Origin: Eledone cirrhosa
Lineage: Eukaryota
Reading direction: 5' to 3'
NCBI GenBank assembly: GCA_964016885.1
Contig: OZ024749.1
Span: 55,490,001 to 55,554,000, forward strand
DNA length: 64,000 bases
The translations under genes and the position numbers were made by a program. Positions 39,823 to 53,898 of this stretch are shown piece after piece. A model generated the notes under the pieces. It saw only the letters and a list, made by a program, of their open reading frames with translations, did no database searches and was not told where the DNA came from. Positions within the stretch are counted from its first letter, which is position 1, and every line of letters starts with the position of its first letter.

Positions 39823-40553
39823 TCTAACCACACGATGATGATGATGATGGTTGCAGTAATATTGTTGAGGGAAATAACTGATATCAAATATATATTTAAT
39901 GAATGTCGTGTTTACTATCTTCCTCTTACGACCCTCCCCCCAATCCTCATTGTCACACACACACACACACACACACAATGAGAATATATGGAGAGAGAGA
40001 CAGAGAGAAAGAGGGAGGGAGAAGATTGGAGGAGAAATGAAAGCAGGAGTTGTGACTGGTAGATAGTATCATCAACGTGAAGACCAATGGAAACATTGGT
40101 CCCATGGTCCAATAATAAGAGCTCCACCCTACTCAGCAAGCGAATGAGGCCCGGGATCTTGTCAATCAATTCGGTCAAGTACTACATTATCTACTGTATC
40201 CTATCTGATACAAGAGACATAGGGTGTCATTTACAAGAGATTTAGCTGTTATTTCTACATGTACAAGTGTTGGCTTGGTAATGGCAGTTAAACTTTATGT
40301 GCATCTGTATATGTATGTGGAAGAATGCTCTCTCTCTTTCTGTATATATATATACACATATATAAGCCGTCAAAACGGCTTGAGCTCTGTCGTCGGGGTC
40401 TTGACTCTTTTCCTATTACACACACACACATAATTTATATATATATTATGTGTTGTATTGAAGCAAATAACTGTATGTCTACTTTGGGATTTTACATAAC
40501 ATCCTAAATTGAGTGTGCTGAGATGCAACCGGTACTAGCAGTCCTGTCAACTT

Positions 40554-40609
<56 letters not shown>

Positions 40610-40750
40610 ACACCAAGAGAGGTCACCAGAAAATGCAAGACAGCACATTATTTCATCAGAGAGAGAGAGATTTATAAACAACTATTCAGAAATACACCAG
40701 GGATGTATGTAGAAATACAACTATGTACAGTGCAGATGTGCTATATATAT

Positions 40751-40868
40751 ATTAGTTATGTGTAGTGTAGGTGGAATGTTGATGGTTAAACATGTGGTGT
40801 GTGTGTATATATACACACACACCACATGTTTAACCATCAACATTCCACCTCCACTACACATAACTAAT
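40751..40868. repeat. 118-bp spacerless palindrome
   Basis: 59-bp arms with one mismatch, centred on TATATATA. Confidence 0.95.
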
Positions 40869-41983
40869 GGAAATTTAAACACCAACACCCACCAAAACAC
40901 TGACACACACCCACCAACAGCCAACACACACACTCACCAACACATACACACGTTCACACATCGACAGCCAAACACAGCCACACACAAACACAATGTAGGT
41001 TTAAACACCGAAACACTTTAGTGACTAAACACACATGTATATATATATATACACACACAAGTATATATATATATATACACACACATGTAATATAGGTTGA
41101 AACAATAAAACTCAACACAATATAAACCTAAAGTTTGAACAGTAATACATAACACACCAACACACACACATGCCTAGAAGAGACTCCCACACACATACCA
41201 ACAACAACCACACACACACACCAACAGCAGATGCAAACACACACACTGACAACAGATGCAAACACACACACTGACAACAGATGCAAACACACACACCAAC
41301 AGCAGATGCAAACACACACACTGACAACAGATGCAAACACACACACTGACAACAGATGCAAACACACACACCAACAGCAGATGCAAACACACACCAACAA
41401 ACATAACCCCCATCCCTACAACAGATACAAAGACACACGCACCAAGACATACCCCCCTCCCCTACAACAGACACACCACCACACCACCATCAGACCACCA
41501 CCCCCTACAACAGACACCACCACACCACCATCAGACCCCCGCCCCCCAGACTAATACATAGACAGTGATTATTAGATTAACAGGTAAATCTGGTAAACAC
41601 TAATAACATTGATTTTTCTAACAGACGCAACACACAGGTGTAGATATAGAGAGATGTGATGTTGTGGTGTTCATGCCTAGCACTCACCCTCAATAATCAT
41701 AATAATGGTTTCTGATTTTGGCACAAGGCCAACAATTTTGGGGGAAGGGGAAAGTCAATTAAATTGACCCCCAGTGTATTACTGGTACTTTATTTTATGG
41801 TCCGTAAGAATGACAGGTAAAGTTAACCTGGGCGGGATTTAGGCAGGAGATTGATAAGACAACCTTTCAGGGGAGATATTCAAGTTGTAGGAATTTGTTA
41901 TGTAATAATATATAGAAATATAGTAATGTAATGGTGGACAATATTATTGAGAGAGGGGAGAGGGGGGGGGGGCAGTGAGAGGT

Positions 41984-42018
<35 letters not shown>

Positions 42019-42135
42019 GTTGGTGGAGGGAGAGAAAACAATCTTGATAAAATAGAAAAGAAAAGGATAGTTTCTCTTCAGACATCAACAAATTATAAAC
42101 TACAGAATTGAGTAATGTGCCAATAATTGGCATTA

Positions 42136-42567
42136 CAGTAGTAGTAGTGGTGGTGGTACTGGCAGTAGTAGTAGTAGCAACAGTAGTGGTAGTAGTAGTA
42201 GTGGTACTGGCAGTAGTAGTGGTGGTGGTGTGGTTGTATTGGTGGTAGTACTAGTGGTACTGGCAGTAGTAGTAGCAACAGTAGCGGTAGTAGTAGTGGT
42301 ACTGGCAGTAGTAGTGGTGGTGGTGTGGTTGTATTGGTGGTAGTACTAGTGGTACTGGCAGTAGTAGTGGTGGTGGTGTGGTTGTATTGGTGGTAGTACT
42401 AGTGGTACTGGCAGTAGTAGTAGCAACAGTAGCGGTAGTAGTAGTGGTACTGGCAGTAGTAGTGGTGGTGGTGTGGTTGTATTGGTGGTAGTACTAGTGG
42501 TACTGGCAGTAGTAGTAGCAACAATAGTGGTAGTAGTAGTGGTACTGGCAGTAGTAGTAGTAGTAGT

Positions 42568-42613
<46 letters not shown>

Positions 42614-42662
42614 TAGGTTGGAGTGATGGTGGTTTTGGCAGTAGTAGTAGTAGCAGTAGTAT
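42136..42662. repeat. Complex (GTA)/(GTG)/(GCA) trinucleotide-derived repeat
   Basis: Direct reading. Confidence 0.9.
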
Positions 42663-42924
42663 AGGTTCTAGTAAGTTCAATCCAACCTAGCAACAAGGAG
42701 GGAACTATATCTAAATATTAAATATTTCATGCCAACATGTCTAACATTTTTCTTCTTTATTATTTGTTGGTTGGTTTAATAGTACCACCCATTATGATGG
42801 AAGAGAACTTTTAGAGTAGCTCTGTGTATATTATTTATATATACACACAGGCAGCCATATCATATACACATACATACACACATATATATACACACATATA
42901 CACACATACACTTCTGCCCACACC

Positions 42925-43226
42925 ACCATTTCTCTGTAAAGTTATGTTGGTACCACAGACCAACCAGTCCACATGTGGTTGTGTCGGAGACAAGGTAAAA
43001 AGGCTCCCAGTCCACACTGTAATGTGGTCATGTAGGAGACAAGGTAAAAAGGCTCCCAACCATGCTGTAAATGTGGTTGGCATTAGGAAGGGCATCTAGC
43101 AGTAAAAAACCAGCCAGAAACAGTTCTATACGAGCGAGACACGGTCACCTGACCTAGCTTGCCTGAAGTGAGAAAAACCCTTCTAACCCATACTAGCGTG
43201 TAAGATAGATGTTAAACGATGATGAT
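42925..43226 (+). mobile_element. Family B SINE, long copy
   Basis: TGTAAAGTTATGTTGG...GTGGTTGGCATTAGGAAGGGCATC...TAACCCATACTAGCGTG...GATGATGAT. Confidence 0.75.
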
Positions 43227-43568
43227 ATATATTATATAAAATACATGACAAGCTGTCATATACCTTCTTTGGTACTCTGAGTTTCCCAAAGCAAGCTGAT
43301 GTTATTGCTTCTTCGGGGAAACCCCAACTATCTAGGGAGGTATATGCCAGTTTGGCATGTGTTTTACATAATACAATATATATATATATTGTATGGGTGC
43401 TTGGGTGTATATATAAATATGGACACACACAACCACACATCTATATTTAGGGAGAAAAATAAATAAAAGATTTCTACACTTTGTCAATTGTTCAAATAAA
43501 AACCTTGTTGTGATATATACACATGAGTAGTTAAATATGTCAGTCTGTTTGTCTTTGTATGTATATAC

Positions 43569-43614
<46 letters not shown>

Positions 43615-44485
43615 ATATATGTGTGTGTGTGTGTGTTTATATCTATATATATATATGTGTGTGTGTATATATATATGTGTGTGTGTGTCTATATCTGTGG
43701 GAACATGTTTTACTATGTCTCCACTTCAAACAGGAATCCTGAGTTCAATACCATGGTGGTATAACTGCCTGTGGAATACTCAGTTATTTCTTAATAAAAT
43801 CAAACAGAGTTTTTAAGACCCTCAAGTTGTGTCCCGGACATGACAAACCACCCTAGAGTTGGTGATCTCTACACAATAAATACCCTGTACACTCTGTAAA
43901 GTGATTGGTGATAGGAAGGACATCCAGCTATAGAAAGCTTGGCAAAAAAAAAGTGGGGTTGAGAGGATCCTTTGTGTTAAGGACATGAGAACCTCTCCCC
44001 TGTGTACTTCAAAGACTGTATGGGGAGATACAGCAAACACCCTCAACACAGAGCAACCCCAGACTGTATGGGAGGGGTCTGTAGATATTTTTGGTTCTCT
44101 CTTCATTCCAAGAAGCTCACTGGAACTTAAGAAATATAGTTTGCAACAGGCAGAAACACTGCGCATACTTTACACACATATGTGCACACGTGTGTGTGTC
44201 TGTATGTGTGTGTGTGTGTGTGTGTAATGTGTATACTTACACATAAGGGTACATTTTATATCTGAGTTACCCTATTTCAATTTTTAACCACCCTTCAGCT
44301 CTACATCATCATCTAAGAATTCAAGTTATGAAAAGAAAGAAATGTTTGATGCAGCATCACCCCACGCAGGTAGATCCATCATGTTTGGGAAGGGAAAACG
44401 ATAACAGAGATGATGATTATGACGATGATAAAAAAGAATGTGTAGATGATTAAGATTATCATGATGAAGATTGGGACTGTGATGA

Positions 44486-44543
<58 letters not shown>

Positions 44544-44642
44544 GTATATACTGATACAAACATATAGATACATACACATGCATATGCACATACATATATG
44601 AACACACACACACACATATATATACATATACACATATATATA

Positions 44643-44733
44643 TAGGAAAAGAGTCAGGACCCCAATGGCTGAGCTCCGGCCATTTCGCCAGCTGTGCGTT
44701 ATGGTCCACCTGGTTCCTTACCATACTTCCTTC

Positions 44734-44735
<2 letters not shown>
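44643..44735. mobile_element. Family 1 element: inverted half-ribozyme joined to the 3' end
   Basis: Left part is the reverse complement of GAAATGGCCGGAGCTCAGCCATTGGGGTC; right part GCGTTATGGTCCACCTGGTTCCTTACC; (TA)n flanks. Confidence 0.7.
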
Positions 44736-44774
<39 letters not shown>

Positions 44775-45257
44775 TTACAATTAAAAGTTCAAGCCATATG
44801 AAAAAATGTACTCTCATTAATATTAATTACTATTACATAGTACCAGTAATGCACTGGGTAATTGCTGGCCTTGTGCCTAAAGTAGAAACAATTAATATTA
44901 CTATTACATATACATACATATATATATATATATGTGTCAAAATACACGACAACTTCTCTGTAAGCAGTATAGAGACCTTCTCGGTTTAGGACATTAGTAG
45001 ACCTGTCCAACCCTTGCTAGCAAGGGAAGCAGGCATTAAATGATGATGATATATAATGTTTGTAGATATACTGTTAAACATTTAAATATGCTAACAACAT
45101 AATCTATAGGTAGAGATCTTAAAGTGGCATTTGTTAGTACTGACATAAATAATAGAGGAGTAAGAAGAGGGGTCTTGTAAATCATATATAACTAAATTAT
45201 TGTAGTATGGTGTGAAGGTACATGGCTTAGTGGTTAGAGTACTGGTTCCATAATCGT

Positions 45258-46347
45258 GACATAGCTATATATATGATAGGACCTTCCTTAGTACATGGAA
45301 CATAGTTATATATATCATAGGACCTTCCTTAGTGCATGGGGACAGTTATATATATATCATAGGACCTTCCTTAGTACATGGGGACAGTTATATATATATC
45401 ATAGGACCTTCCTTAGTACATGGGACAAAGCTATATATATCATAGGACCTTCCTTAGTACATGGGGACAGTTATATATATATGATAGGACCTTCCTTAGT
45501 ACATGGGACATGTCAGTATATATATCATAGGACCTTCCTTAGTACATGGGGACAGTTATATATATATCATAGGACCTTCCTTAGTGCATGGGGACAGTTA
45601 TATATATATCATAGGACCTTCCTTAGTACATGGGGACAGTTATATATATATCATAGGACCTTCCTTAGTACATGGGACATGTCAGTATATATATCATAGG
45701 ACCTTTCTTAGTACATGGGACATGTCAGTATATATATCATAGGACCTTTCTTAGTACATGGGACATAGTTATATATATCATAGGACCTTCCTTAGTACAT
45801 GGGGACAGTTATATATATATCATAGGACCTTCCTTAGTACATGGGGACAGTTATATATATATCATAGGACCTTCCTTAGTACATGGGGACAGTTATATAT
45901 ATATCATAGGACCTTCCTTAGTACATGGGGACAGTTATATATATATCATAGGACCTTCCTTAGTACATGGGGACAGTTATATATATATCATAGGACCTTC
46001 CTTAGTACATGGGACATGTCAGTATATATATCATAGGACCTTTCTTAGTACATGGGACAAAGCTATATATATCATAGGACCTTCCTTAGTACATGGGACA
46101 TGTCAGTATATATATCATAGGACCTTTCTTAGTACATGGGACAAAGCTATATATATCATAGGACCTTCCTTAGTACATGGGACATGTCTGTATATATATC
46201 ATAGGATCTTTCTTAGTACATGGAACATAGTTATATATATCATAGGACCTTCCTTAGTACATGGGACATGTCTGTATATATATCATAGGATCTTTCTTAG
46301 TACATGGGACATAGTTATATATATCATAGGACCTTCCTCATGGGACA
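45258..46347. repeat. 41-43-bp minisatellite, about 26 copies
   Basis: Unit ATAGGACCTTCCTTAGTACATGGGGACAGTTATATATATATC, with variants. Confidence 0.95.
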
Positions 46348-48756
46348 TGGTTTTATACATCCTAGGAAGAGGAATTTCATTAGTATATGGGACATGATTT
46401 AATATATCAACCTGCCCTGTATGAGTAAGACATGGTCACTTGATCTGATTTGCTTCACAATGAGACAACCCTAATCCATGCTAGTGTAGAAAAATGGATG
46501 TTAAACAGTGATGATAATAAGGAGGGCGTTCATTAATATATGGGACATGGTTTGATATATCATAGGATCAAAGGTGGGAAGGATTGGGTGTTTCCTTAAT
46601 GAAAGGGCAACACAAACCATAAAGGGATTTTAAATGCCAGTGGTTAGCTGAGATTTTACACAATAAATCTGATGAGACATAACTATTATGGAAGACTAAA
46701 TGCCAGTCTATATCAGGTAACACTCTCAGATGATCTAACATATATACACATTCAACAGCTAGCTTATACCTAAAGCTATGTCGAATTAAATGGGCTTGGT
46801 CTTGTGGGTAGCTAACACTGCTCTGATAGCAGTGAGTAGGGGTGTGATCTGAGGGCCAAGAATTTCAGAAGTGTCCACTACCATAGGCTCAATAACAAAC
46901 CTATCTAAGAGCAACTGATACTTTGACAGTTAGGAATAAATAATTTTTAGTTTATATATATATATATATATATGTGTGTTTCAGAAGATCCCCTTAAGGA
47001 TGAAAGCAGCGATTCTTTGCTTAAACTTTAATCTGTTATTTTAATAAATATTTGCTCTATGGTTTTATATATTTTGATATATATATTATCCTTATCGAGC
47101 CCTCTTCGGATTTTAGTCTTCACATTTATTATAATTACTATATATATATATATATTTCTTTTTGGCAAAGTACATTTGCTGTTGTTGTTATAATTGTTGT
47201 TAGAACCTGCCCTGCCTTGACTTGATCAAGGATTTCTACCATCAATGTCTTTCAAACTGACTAACCTCATGTTTCTTGTATATTTATAAATGTTTCTATG
47301 GATACAATATGTTGAATGGTTAAGAAATTCCCTTTGCAATCACAAGGTCCCAGGTTTAATCCTGCTGCTGTGTGGTATCCCAAACAAACATTGTTTACTT
47401 TGGTGTTAGGTTGACACAAACACCTTAACAAATTTGGTTAGATGGGAAGTTTGAGTGGCTAGGTTGTTTAAACATTTAACATTTTACCATCTTCTGGGGC
47501 AATATCTCATTCATTCCGTCTTTAAATAAGAGTGAAGTTGATTGTCAAACTTAGAGGGAGGAAAAAAAGGAATTCCATACAGCTACAAATATATTCCTTC
47601 GCGAATGATTTGAACTCAAGATCCATGAATAAGATATGTGCTGAGACATCAACACAACAATCATATCAAAACATATCTCAGCCATTTTGTCTGCCATGTA
47701 AAAATGTCATGTCATGGCAGAGTTACCAGAAAGAGAGACACAAACTAACACACATAACATTAGAGAATGCAGTAAAATAAGGGGAGAAAACCAAGAATAA
47801 GACACGATGACAACAGCCATTTTGGGAAGTCAAGAAAGTATGTTTATATAGCAAGATCTTCCTAAAGCAAAAGAAGAAATGGTAACATTCCAAAAACAAA
47901 CAAATAAATTAGACAAGAATCCAAGTGTTGGAATCGTTTGTTTCACAGCTTCCTCAATGAAAAATTTCCTTGTCTATTGTTTCGAAGAAAACAGCTTTCT
48001 TCCACATGCCATATTTCATAGGAGCTGACTGTAGGCTATTTTTATAAAAACAATAAATATTTATATTTATCATACCCATACAAACACAAACACTAACACA
48101 ATGGTATAGTCATATGCATGTGTGTGTGTATATATATATATATATATGCATATATATGTGTATATATATATATATAAATATGTGTATATATATGTGTATG
48201 TATGTAGATACATACATATATACACATCTAATAATAGATGTTCATTCATATTAATATGTACATATATCTGCATACATATTTACATACACATATATGCACA
48301 CATATATATATGCGCACACACACACACATGGCTCTTTCTCTCTGTCTCTCATATATATGTATGTATGTATGTATGTATGTGTGTGTGTGTGTGTAAGAGA
48401 GAGAAAAATAAGATGTAGGGATGTGTTTTCAGAAGCGCAGATAGACAGTGAGATAGACATGGAAACAGATAGATAAAAATAAAGACTGATAGATAGAAGG
48501 AAGAGAGTGAGATAGTTATAGAAAGATAAAGAGACAGACTGATAGGCATGTTGTATGGTAACATAGCAGCAGTGTACATGGAAATACTGCAGCAAACTGT
48601 CAACTGCAACTAGCAACCATTTGTTGACTGTTGGAAACAGTTCTACTGAGTTGTTGAATAACTGATAACAGAGTGTATAGACAGCTGAATATATAGACAC
48701 TAGAATATATACAACTGAATATATAGTAGAGTATATAACAGAGTGTATAGAGAGCA

Positions 48757-48801
<45 letters not shown>

Positions 48802-48806
<5 letters not shown>

Positions 48807-48969
48807 AAGTATGACCCCGACGGCTATTTCTGGACAGAAATAGCCGTCGAAACGGCTTGAGTTCTGCCGTCGGGGTCATACTTTCTCCTATTACCCACAC
48901 TACTACCCTAAATATTGAGTACTCTGGTGCATTATGGTCCATCTGCTTCCTTATTGCATCTCCTTCGTT
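48802..48969 (+). mobile_element. Family 1 element copy
   Basis: AAAAAGTATGACCCCGACGGC...GAAACGGCTTGAGTTCTGCCGTCGGGGTCATACTTT...TATTGAGTAC...TCCTTCGTT, flanked by (TA)n. Confidence 0.75.
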
Positions 48970-49255
48970 ATATATATATACATAACTGAATATATAGACA
49001 TCAGAATATATATAGATAGATAGCAGTATATATAGATAGCAAAGTATATATGTATATCATCATCATCATCGTTTAACGTCCATATTCCACGCTTGCATGG
49101 GTTTGGACGGATATATATATATATATAACTGAATATTTAGACATCATATATATAGTATAGCAGTATATATAGATAGCAAAGTAGAGAGAGAGAGAGATAT
49201 GAATATATAACAGAATGTATAGCCAGCTGAGAAATGCTGATATATCTGTGCTTCT

Positions 49256-49329
<74 letters not shown>

Positions 49330-50337
49330 CATACATACACATATATAAATAGGGAAGCAGATGTGTCTCCCATCATGTATGAGTGCATGTGTCTGTATTC
49401 AACTGTGTATATAAATATGTATATATGTGTGTGTGTGTGTGTGTGTGTGCAACACACATTTACTATTTGTATGCTATAACTTAGCAGTTCAACAAATAAA
49501 GATCGATAAAATAAGTACCGGAGTCAAGAACAACTAAATCCTTTCATAGCAATAAGTCACGGTCCAGTGTGGCTGAGGTTAGAATGAAATAACACACACA
49601 CACAGAGAAACACACACACACACACACACAGAGAAACACACACACACACAGAAACACACACACACAGATTAACAGTGTTGATAGTGACAACCTGGTGTAC
49701 TTAGATGTTATGAAGTAAATATTACTTGAATAGAATTTTAAAATCAATGAAAGGAAGGAAATGAAAGACCCAGATAAGATTTATAATTTAATCAAGAGAT
49801 AAGGAAAGGTGTATAAGCTAGAAACCTGACCTTGTTTTATGGCCCTGCTAGAAGGAAAGAGACACTCAGGTAAAAACAGCAATAAAGGCATGAATGAGAA
49901 GAAGACAGGTATGGTGTGGAAATAGTAATTATACCGAGAGTGGGAGAGTGGGAGAGAGAGAGGGGGAGGGGGAGGGAGAGAGAGGGGGGAGCGGGAATAG
50001 AGTTTCCATTTTATGCTAAAAAATTGATTAATGACCGATAAGTTTCAAAAAGCCGGTACAATGTGGTAGAAATACATAAAGGGCAAAGGATAAATAAAAC
50101 AAAGTAATGTTTTACCCAGTATATTTCAGGGTTATAACCCTCCTTTCAAATGTGAAACGGAAATGATTCAAAACAAAAATGAAAAGGAACAATCGATGAG
50201 ACTACGTGTCTGAAATATCTAGGTGATGAAAATGTGAAACAGAAATTATGTTGTTTAGCCCCAGGTAAATCCTAACCAAAGACATTCTAATCATAACTAT
50301 CACATCATTTTGTACATATAGGGACTACATTATTTAT

Positions 50338-50592
50338 GGAGGCATATTGAATAAATAATTGTTTCTACTTTCGGCACAAGACCAGCAATTACCCAGTACA
50401 TTACTGGTACTTTATTTTATCGACCTCGTAAGGATGAAAAGCAAAGTTAACCTTGGCAGGAGTTCAAATCCCGCCAAGGTTAACTTTGCCTTTCATCCTT
50501 ACGAGGTCGATAAAATAAAGTACCAGTAATGTACTGGGTAATTGCTGGTCTTGTGCCGAAAGTAGAAACAATTATTTATTCAATATGCCTCC
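50338..50592. repeat. Foldback inverted duplication of a SINE A copy plus its flank
   Basis: Arms 50338-50461 and 50469-50592 with two mismatches; loop GTTCAAA. Confidence 0.95.
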
Positions 50593-51366
50593 CATTCTTC
50601 CCTCTTTTTTAAAGTCAGTAAGTCATGATTTAAATGCAATTCAAGTATAGAACCGAGGATTATGTCTTGTAATCTGCATAGTTTTGGTAAGGTTTTACAG
50701 GCTGGATGACCTTCCAATCCCCAACTACTTTACAGCATTTAGAGAAGATGTTTTACCAGATTAAAGGGTCCTCTCTATCCTGTATCACTTTTTATTCAGA
50801 GTGACTGTTCTACTAGTTGGGTTGCCTTCTCCGTGGCTTAGAGCCCACATCTACCACTACATCTGTTTTTATAATAGAGAGGTCGTGTATAGAAACATGC
50901 ATTGTTTTTTATAATAGTGTTGGTATATAGAACGAGGCATTCTGTTTTTATACCAGAGAATTGGTATATAGAACCAAGCATTCTGTTTTTATACCAGAGA
51001 ATTAGTATATAGAACCAAGCATTCTGTTTTTATAACAGAGAATTGCTATATATCATAGAACAAGAGTAATCTGTTTTTATAATAGAAAGCTGGTATAGCG
51101 ATACCACTGACCTGCATTTTATCACTGAGATTAAAAGCAATAAAATAAAATAAAATTTAAAAAACAAAACCTCAACCCTAGCAGAATTCATAAGAACGAA
51201 GCAACAGTAAATACCGCTTAACTTCTTTAATACCAACTTGCCTGACACTATTCCTGGTTCCACGATACATACAAAAAACTGTTTATATTTTTAAATTAAA
51301 ACCATCTACTATAACTTTATATAAAGAACCTTCATGTGAAAATATGTTACAGATAGTCTAGTCTAG

Positions 51367-51439
<73 letters not shown>

Positions 51440-52249
51440 AAGATGAATTGTGAGTTTGTGTGTGCCTGTGTTTTATTTAGAAACTAAAAAGCAACACCCA
51501 CAAAAGCAATACATGTTATTTGTCAGTTGTCAGTGAAGGTTTGTATAACATTTATTTTGATATACAAAGCAGCATTGTTTCTAAATTTCATTTTATTTTC
51601 TATTTAATTTTCTATTTTTATTTTAGCATTTCTTATACTCATCATAGTTCTTGTTTCGAGATGTCTTCACAGCTAGATACCCTTTCTGTCGCAGGTACTG
51701 GAGCTATGTGGTAGCTAGACCTGTTAGAAATAGAAGCTAAATCACCCTTAGAGCTAGATGCCCTTCTTGATGCAGGTACTGGACCTAATGAGATAGGGAC
51801 CCCTGTGTGGTAGCTAGATGCTCTTCCAATACTACTAATAATAATAACAATACCAGTAATAATATGGTTTCTGACTTGGAGACAATGTTGATAATTTGTG
51901 GGGAGGGAAAAGTTGATTAACTCGACCCCAGCACATCACTGTAACCTCATTGGCCCCCAGAAGGAAGAAAGACAAATAATAATAATAATTAACTTACCCC
52001 TATTAAACAAATAGTTTGAAACAATCAGCCAGACAGATTTTCTAAACACTTTACAAGTGAATAGGAAAACATAGGGAATAAGAATATTTTGAGTAAAATA
52101 TGTGGGGTTTACATATTTAAAATAGATAAATAAGGGTTTCAAAACTCATTATTGATTTCAGGAAACCCTTACATTTAAAATTGTAAACCCCAGATTGTCT
52201 CAGAATTTTTTTTTTCCCCCATTCTTTCTATATATCATTTGTATCTTAA

Positions 52250-53898
52250 CCCTTTAGCATTTAAACCAGCCGTATCTGGTCAGAATTCTCTCACCTCTTT
52301 CTGTTCAAACTGGCCATAACTGGCTCCTCATACTGATGTTAAGGTATTGTTCTCAAAATAAATAATAACATCATCAAAATCTCGTAGATTCCATAATATG
52401 TGAGGTAAAGCCTTTAAGATGAAAATACAATAATATATATAATGTAAATGTTATGTGAGATATTATGTGAGGTAAAGCCTTTACTGTGACAATACAATAG
52501 TATATATAGAGTAATGTAAATGTTATGGGAGATATTATGTGAGGTAAAGCCTTTACTGTGAAAATACAATAGTATATATAGAGTAATGTAAATGGTATGT
52601 GAGATATTATGTGAGGTAAAGCCTTTACTGTGACAATACAATAGTATATATAGAGTAATGTAAATGTTATGTGAGATATTATGTGAGGTAAAACCTTTAC
52701 TGTGACAATACAATAGTATATATAGAGTAATGTAAATGTTATGTGAGATATTATGTGAGGTAAAACCTTTACTGTGACAATACAATAGTATATATAGAGT
52801 AATGTAAATGTTATGTGAGATATTATGTGAGGTAAAGCCTTTACTGTGACAATACAATAGTATATATAGAGTAATGTAAATGGTATGTGAGATATTATGT
52901 GAGGTAAAGCCTTTACTGTGACAATACAATAGTATATATAGAGTAACGTAAATGTTATGTGAGATATTATGTGAGGTAAAGCCTTTACTGTGAAAATACA
53001 ATAGTATATATAGAGTAATGTAAATGTTATGTGGGATATTATGTGAGGTAAAGCCTTTACTGTGACAATACAATAGTATATATAGAGTAATGTAAATGTT
53101 ATGTGAGATATTATGTGAGGTAAAACCTTTACTGTGACAATACAATAGTATATATAGAGTAATGTAAATGTTATGTGAGATATTATGTGAGGTAAAGCCT
53201 TTACTGTGAAAATACAATAGTATATATAGAGTAATGTAAATGTTATGTGAGATATTATGTGAGGTAAAACCTTTACTGTGACAATACAATAGTATATATA
53301 GAGTAATGTAAATGTTATGTGAGATATTATGTGAGGTAAAACCTTTACTGTGACAATACAATAGTATATATAGAGTAATGTAAATGTTATGTGAGATATT
53401 ATGTGAGGTAAAGCCTTTACTGTGAAAATACAATAGTATATATAGAGTAATGTAAATGTTATGAGAGATATTATGTGAGGTAAAGCCTTTACTGTGAAAA
53501 TACAATAGTATATATAGAGTAATGTAAATGTTATGTGAGATATTATGTGAGGTAAAGCCTTTACTGTGACAATACAATAGTATATATAGAGTAATGTAAA
53601 TGTTATGTGGGATATTATGTGAGGTAAAGCCTTTACTGTGAAAATACAATAGTATATATAGAGTAATGTAAATGTTATGTGGGATATTATGTGAGGTAAA
53701 GCCTTTACTGTGAAAATACAATAGTATATATAGAGTAATGTAAATGTTATGTGGGATATTATGTGAGGTAAAGCCTTTACTGTGAAAATACAATAGTATA
53801 TATAGAGTAATGTAAATGTTATGTGGGATATTATGTGAGGTAAAGCCTTTACTGTGACAATACAATAGTATATATAGAGTAATGTAAATGGTAAAGGG
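52250..53898. mobile_element. piggyBac-like MITE containing an expanded 72-bp minisatellite
   Basis: TTAA|CCCTTTAGCATTTA ... TAAATGGTAAAGGG|TTAA: TTAA target duplication and CCC-initiated TIRs. Confidence 0.8.
52395..53890. repeat. 72-bp minisatellite, about 21 copies
   Basis: Unit ATGTGAGGTAAAGCCTTTACTGTGACAATACAATAGTATATATAGAGTAATGTAAATGTTATGTGAGATATT; the ORF track shows 24-aa periodicity. Confidence 0.95.
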
